This document shows positions 60,182 to 64,000 of a DNA stretch of 64,000 nucleotides, piece by piece (position 1 is the stretch's first letter; each line of letters starts with the position of its first letter). Source of the DNA: Candidatus Borrarchaeum weybense. GTDB lineage: Archaea; Asgardarchaeota; Sifarchaeia; Borrarchaeales; Borrarchaeaceae. A model generated the notes under the pieces. The model saw only the letters and a list, made by a program, of their open reading frames with translations. It searched no databases and had not been told where the DNA came from. Position numbers and translations under genes: made by a program. The stretch covers positions 916,727 to 980,726 of the forward strand of contig JAHQJS010000004.1 of assembly GCA_019057385.1 (NCBI GenBank), in the 5' to 3' direction.

Positions 60182-61084
60182 TTAAAAGGGCAGAAGTTGT
60201 GAAATCATTGGGATATAGACCGTTAGTATTTGTACCCATAGAGTTGCTGTGTTAAAGGCGCCAGTATTGAATTTAAACCACAGACAGAAGGCATACACTA
60301 AAATTGTTATAGCCAAAAATGCGATTTCTCTTGCATGAATTCCTACATCTTCCATGAACGTACGTTTTTCGGGGGCTCCAAATCCTCGGCTTTCAATTGC
60401 AATCTCTAAATCATTTGCTTGCCGCAGGAGTATGAGCACTAGGGGGGTCGTAATTGGTATGTAAGCACTTATTGCTTTTTTGATGAAATTCATTTTGTCG
60501 ATATTGAATGCTCGAAGTTTTTGCGCTTCTACGATTCGACTCCATGTGGCGTCCACCATCGGTACGAACCGAATCGCAGTGACGAGCATAAATGCAAAGC
60601 TAAAAGGAACTTTAATCTTTGTAAGCCCATCTAATAATTTGGATGGCGAAGTGGTCATTATTAAGAGCGGAAGCGCGCATACAGCGGTAATGACACGAAC
60701 AACAATCATTATTCCGAAGAGGAATCCTTCTAATGTAAAGACGCCTAAGTCAGCACCGCCAGCAATTTGATAACTCCATGGTAATTTGAAGAGTGGAGTC
60801 TGTGATTCTCCTAAGCCTACGCGCGCGTACATGAATCCCTGAATGACGATAATAAAGATACAAACAAATAGGAAAAGTCTGAAAACTTTAGCAAGATATC
60901 TTAACCTGATTTTGCCAAACTGCCATAAAATCAATGTATATACAAGCCAGACCAACAGCATCAGTATATCTGCTGTTCGTGTGACAATTAAGACTAAGGG
61001 GAGTGTGAGTAACACATAAATCAGTTTTGCAATAGGACTCATTCTGTGCATGAGTGAATTTGCTTTTATATATTCGATTGTCAT
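60182..61084 (-). CDS. ecfT: ECF transporter transmembrane component T
   Basis: AIRFVP, AQKLR, AIESRGF coupling-helix motifs. Confidence 0.92.
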   Translation of the reverse strand: MTIEYIKANSLMHRMSPIAKLIYVLLTLPLVLIVTRTADILMLLVWLVYTLILWQFGKIRLRYLAKVFRLFLFVCIFIIVIQGFMYARVGLGESQTPLFKLPWSYQIAGGADLGVFTLEGFLFGIMIVVRVITAVCALPLLIMTTSPSKLLDGLTKIKVPFSFAFMLVTAIRFVPMVDATWSRIVEAQKLRAFNIDKMNFIKKAISAYIPITTPLVLILLRQANDLEIAIESRGFGAPEKRTFMEDVGIHAREIAFLAITILVYAFCLWFKFNTGAFNTATLWVQILTVYIPMISQLLPF

Positions 61085-61102
61085 TGATTCCGTATCTCCC
61101 TT

Positions 61103-62854
61103 CTAGGATAAAATATGAATCATATCTTCAACAGAAAGCACATCTTGAGGAATATTATATTCTTGCAAAGCGAATGCTAATTGTGTCATTTGTGGAGGCT
61201 TCAGAAACGCCCGCTTTAATACATCTTTCTGATAAAAAACATCTCTTGTGGGACCATCGGCAATTATCTCTCCATCTGCCATGACTATTAGTCTCTTAGC
61301 GAATCTCGCCACGAGTTCCATATCGTGTGTAATCATAATTACAGTTTTCAATAAGCCTTTATCAAACAAGTCTTTGGCTAAATCCGCAAGTAAGTATCGT
61401 CCCCAATAATCTTGCGCTGTTGTCGGTTCATCCATAATCAGTATTTCTGGTCTCATTGCTAAGACCGTAGCTACCGCTAACTTGCGCCGATCTCCGAACG
61501 ACAATCGGAATGGAAATGTGTCATATTCTTTATCAAGACCCACAACTCGTAATGCATCTAGAACACGGTCTTCTATCTCGTCATCTGGCACTCCAATATT
61601 TTTTAAACCGAAACGGATTTCCTTGTCTGCCGAAATAGTGAATAATTGATAATCTGGATTCTGAAGTACCATTCCTACTTTTTTTGCTACGTCACTAACA
61701 TCAAGTTTACTAAGATCTTCGCCTCTGAAGAATGCGTTTCCTTCTGTTGCTTGTAAAATACCCACAAAATTCTTAACCAAAGTAGTCTTTCCGCTTCCAT
61801 TTTGACCAATTATGCCTACAAATTCGCCTTCATAGATTTTCAAATTGATGTTTTTTAACGCCTTAATATGTTCATAACCTTTGTAAGAATAGCTTAAATT
61901 TTCAGCAATTAAAATAGATTCTCCTAATTCCTTTTTTCCATCACCAGGTAACGCTTTTTTGACGGAAAGTTTTCTATCTTTAAAAAGGGCTTCCATTTTT
62001 CCTATTCCTTGATAGAGAGAAATTTGAGGTTCTACGTGAAATCTCTCTTGTAATTTTAGGAATAATTGAGAGATATCAGGCGGACGAACACCGTTTTCTT
62101 CGATTATTTTTGTGCGACTGAGGACTTCATCTGTTGGTCCGTAGTCAATACTCTTACCATCTCTTAAAATTAATATTTTGTCTGCAAGATCTATGATTTC
62201 TTCTGTTTTATGAGTAATCATGATTGTCGTGACTTTACCTTCTTTTTTTAACTGTTGAATTGCATCAAGCACTTCGACAGTGCCGAGTGGGTCTAATTGT
62301 GATGTAGGCTCGTCCAAAACCAATAAGCGGGGCTGCATGCACCACGTTGCAGCAAGAGCAACTCTCTGTTTTTGTCCACCAGAAAGTTCTTGAGGTGTTC
62401 TATCTTCAAATCCTGCAAGACCAACGATTTCTAGAGCATTTTTTGTGCGCATAAATATCTCTTCTTTTGGCACACCGAAGTTAGCTGGCCCAAAAGCAAG
62501 TTCCATATCCACCCCTGGCATGAGTAATTGAGTCTCTGGGTCTTGAAGAACAATCCCCACAGTTCTGGCAGTCTCATAAATCGGTTGTACCCAAGGGTCC
62601 TTTCCAAAAATGTTTATTTTACCTTTAATCTTCCCAGCCCATATTCCGGGGCATACTCCAGAAAGTAAAAAACAGAGCGTTGTTTTCCCAGCTCCGTTTG
62701 GTCCCATGACGGCAAGAAATTCGCCTTCAGACAACTCGAAACTGATGTTCTCTAGAGCAGGTCTTTCAGTATCTTCATATTTATACGAAACGTTGTCAAA
62801 GAAAACTGTACTAGTTTGATCCTTGCTTTCCATTGTCTCCGCTTTCCAATTCAT
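61103..62854 (-). CDS. ecfA: ECF transporter fused double ATPase
   Basis: Two ABC domains: GPNGAGKT/LSGGQ/DEPT and GQNGSGKT/LSFGD/DEPT. Confidence 0.93.
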   Translation of the reverse strand: MNWKAETMESKDQTSTVFFDNVSYKYEDTERPALENISFELSEGEFLAVMGPNGAGKTTLCFLLSGVCPGIWAGKIKGKINIFGKDPWVQPIYETARTVGIVLQDPETQLLMPGVDMELAFGPANFGVPKEEIFMRTKNALEIVGLAGFEDRTPQELSGGQKQRVALAATWCMQPRLLVLDEPTSQLDPLGTVEVLDAIQQLKKEGKVTTIMITHKTEEIIDLADKILILRDGKSIDYGPTDEVLSRTKIIEENGVRPPDISQLFLKLQERFHVEPQISLYQGIGKMEALFKDRKLSVKKALPGDGKKELGESILIAENLSYSYKGYEHIKALKNINLKIYEGEFVGIIGQNGSGKTTLVKNFVGILQATEGNAFFRGEDLSKLDVSDVAKKVGMVLQNPDYQLFTISADKEIRFGLKNIGVPDDEIEDRVLDALRVVGLDKEYDTFPFRLSFGDRRKLAVATVLAMRPEILIMDEPTTAQDYWGRYLLADLAKDLFDKGLLKTVIMITHDMELVARFAKRLIVMADGEIIADGPTRDVFYQKDVLKRAFLKPPQMTQLAFALQEYNIPQDVLSVEDMIHILS

Positions 62855-62884
62855 TGTTATAGACTCTCAAAAGCACTTGACACA

Positions 62885-63015
62885 CTAGGTGTCCGCTTCT
62901 TTGAAGCCCCCCAATAATGAGGATCGAAATAATCGTATGGTCTTTGCATATTTCTCTTATATATATTTTAACTTATGCGGCACGAAGTCACATCCGATAG
63001 GGTGAGGTAGTTTAC
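62885..63015 (+). mobile_element. Degenerate IS200/IS605 miniature remnant
   Basis: GTGTCCGC..GAAGCCCCCCAA resembles the left end at 52360; ends GAAGTCACATCCGATAGGGTGAGGTAGTTTAC. Confidence 0.5.
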
Positions 63016-63143
63016 GAAGCAATCAGGCACTAAAAAACGATCTTTCACGATCTAGATTGTTAAACAACGTAACATTATTCTTGTAGTTAAAAAAAGAAAA
63101 AAAAGGTATGGTAATCAAGGCGTTTCCTTAAATACCACTAATT

Positions 63144-63941
63144 CTACCACAAAGCGCCTGGTACTTTCGGTAATCCGCTTCTATGGAGTCCCTCGATGAT
63201 GGGGATCGAAATTATGGTGATAACTACTGAAAAGGCAGGTCCCCACCAACTGTAACCGACGAATACCGCTTGTCCTAAATCTACAGGATACACGAAAAGG
63301 TACCAGAACGGCAGAAAGAATGGTATCAACCATACCATGACGGAGCTCATAATCGCGAGCAGTAGACCGACGAATTTCTTGCCTATACCTTCTATTTCTG
63401 TTTGACGTGCCCATTCTGGTATATATTTCCAACCAAGAGGACTAATCGTGATGATCAGCCAAGGAATCCAGTACCATCCACCAAGTGCAAAGAACAATCC
63501 TGGGTTTGTTGGATTGTCGAAAGTGGGTGGTCCAGGCACGTAGTATGGGAAGACACTTAACCAGATGCCCATAGCTATAGTGACAATGATATTTAGTCCC
63601 CAAATTATGCGCTTATTGCCGTTCGTAGCTAGATATACTAAAACTGCTGGCATCATTCCTACAACGAGCACATCTATTGGTCCTAGAGGAAACGAAGCTG
63701 GTGAAAGGAAGGCACCAATAATTCCACCAATAAGGGCTGCCAAGATACCAGCTGGTCCCAATACCAATGGTGCAATAGCTGAGAAGGCTACAGAAAGCGG
63801 GAGGAAACCTCCACCGCCTACATAGGGGAATAGTGGTACAAACGTCGTCGCACCTATCAAAGCCCCCCAAATCGCGATCCATGCTACAGAAACTCCTGCC
63901 GTACGTCCAGGGCTTTCTCTCCATTCGTCCCATTCTGACAT
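63144..63941 (-). CDS. Probable ECF transporter substrate-binding (S) component
   Basis: Highly hydrophobic, A...P.VLGP.G..A..IGG.IG pattern; upstream of ecfA-ecfT. Confidence 0.75.
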   Translation of the reverse strand: MSEWDEWRESPGRTAGVSVAWIAIWGALIGATTFVPLFPYVGGGGFLPLSVAFSAIAPLVLGPAGILAALIGGIIGAFLSPASFPLGPIDVLVVGMMPAVLVYLATNGNKRIIWGLNIIVTIAMGIWLSVFPYYVPGPPTFDNPTNPGLFFALGGWYWIPWLIITISPLGWKYIPEWARQTEIEGIGKKFVGLLLAIMSSVMVWLIPFFLPFWYLFVYPVDLGQAVFVGYSWWGPAFSVVITIISIPIIEGLHRSGLPKVPGALW

Positions 63942-64000
63942 TTAATATGCCCCAATTTTTTTTGTTATTTTTATAGAGTATGAAAGTGTCTTTAAGTATT

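Noticed and set aside
1-64000. rRNA, tRNA, CRISPR array, integrase or provirus; numerous short antisense ORFs in the track
   Set aside because: None recognised by eye; the antisense ORFs lie opposite well-supported genes

Overview
AT-rich archaeal chromosomal window, most likely an Asgard archaeon. This is inferred from Rab-like small GTPases with WDFGGE motifs, GGTGA-type RBSs, TrmB, AlaX, a single-OB SSB, PAS histidine kinases and an MtmB/MtmC pair. Most of it is housekeeping and metabolism: AOR C-terminus plus a tiny GG-ending sulfur carrier, AmmeMemoRadiSam rSAM, TatD, AlaX, SqdB-like operon, UvrB, FAH, racemase, nitrilase, MFS, rSAM/SPASM, Sir2, Mrp, GlcD/GlcF-like, OCD and an ECF transporter. 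Highlights: (1) a cluster of ORF-less IS200/IS605 derivatives at 4.67-5.5 kb, where an IscB-type omegaRNA (HEARO-like) element splits a methyltransferase gene exactly at an ATGAA TAM and faces a TnpB-type omegaRNA end across a 91-bp gene fragment; (2) a tandemly duplicated, translationally coupled small-GTPase + Zn-domain partner module; (3) a pyrrolysine-free MtmB with His at the Pyl position, its corrinoid protein and a decayed second copy; (4) a defence-like island (30.6-42.5 kb) with an N4/N6 DNA methyltransferase, a frameshifted QW-repeat-PLD protein, a HeH/SAP-SAP-PD-(D/E)XK nuclease + JAB pair bracketed by ~63-bp direct repeats, two HEPN-like genes and another PD-(D/E)XK protein; (5) an intact-looking TnpB-only IS with dispersed mini-copies; (6) a stand-alone HTH-LAGLIDADG protein, a triple C2H2 protein and a dif-like 28-mer. 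No rRNA, tRNA or CRISPR array was recognised. All calls were made by eye from motifs, without database searches.
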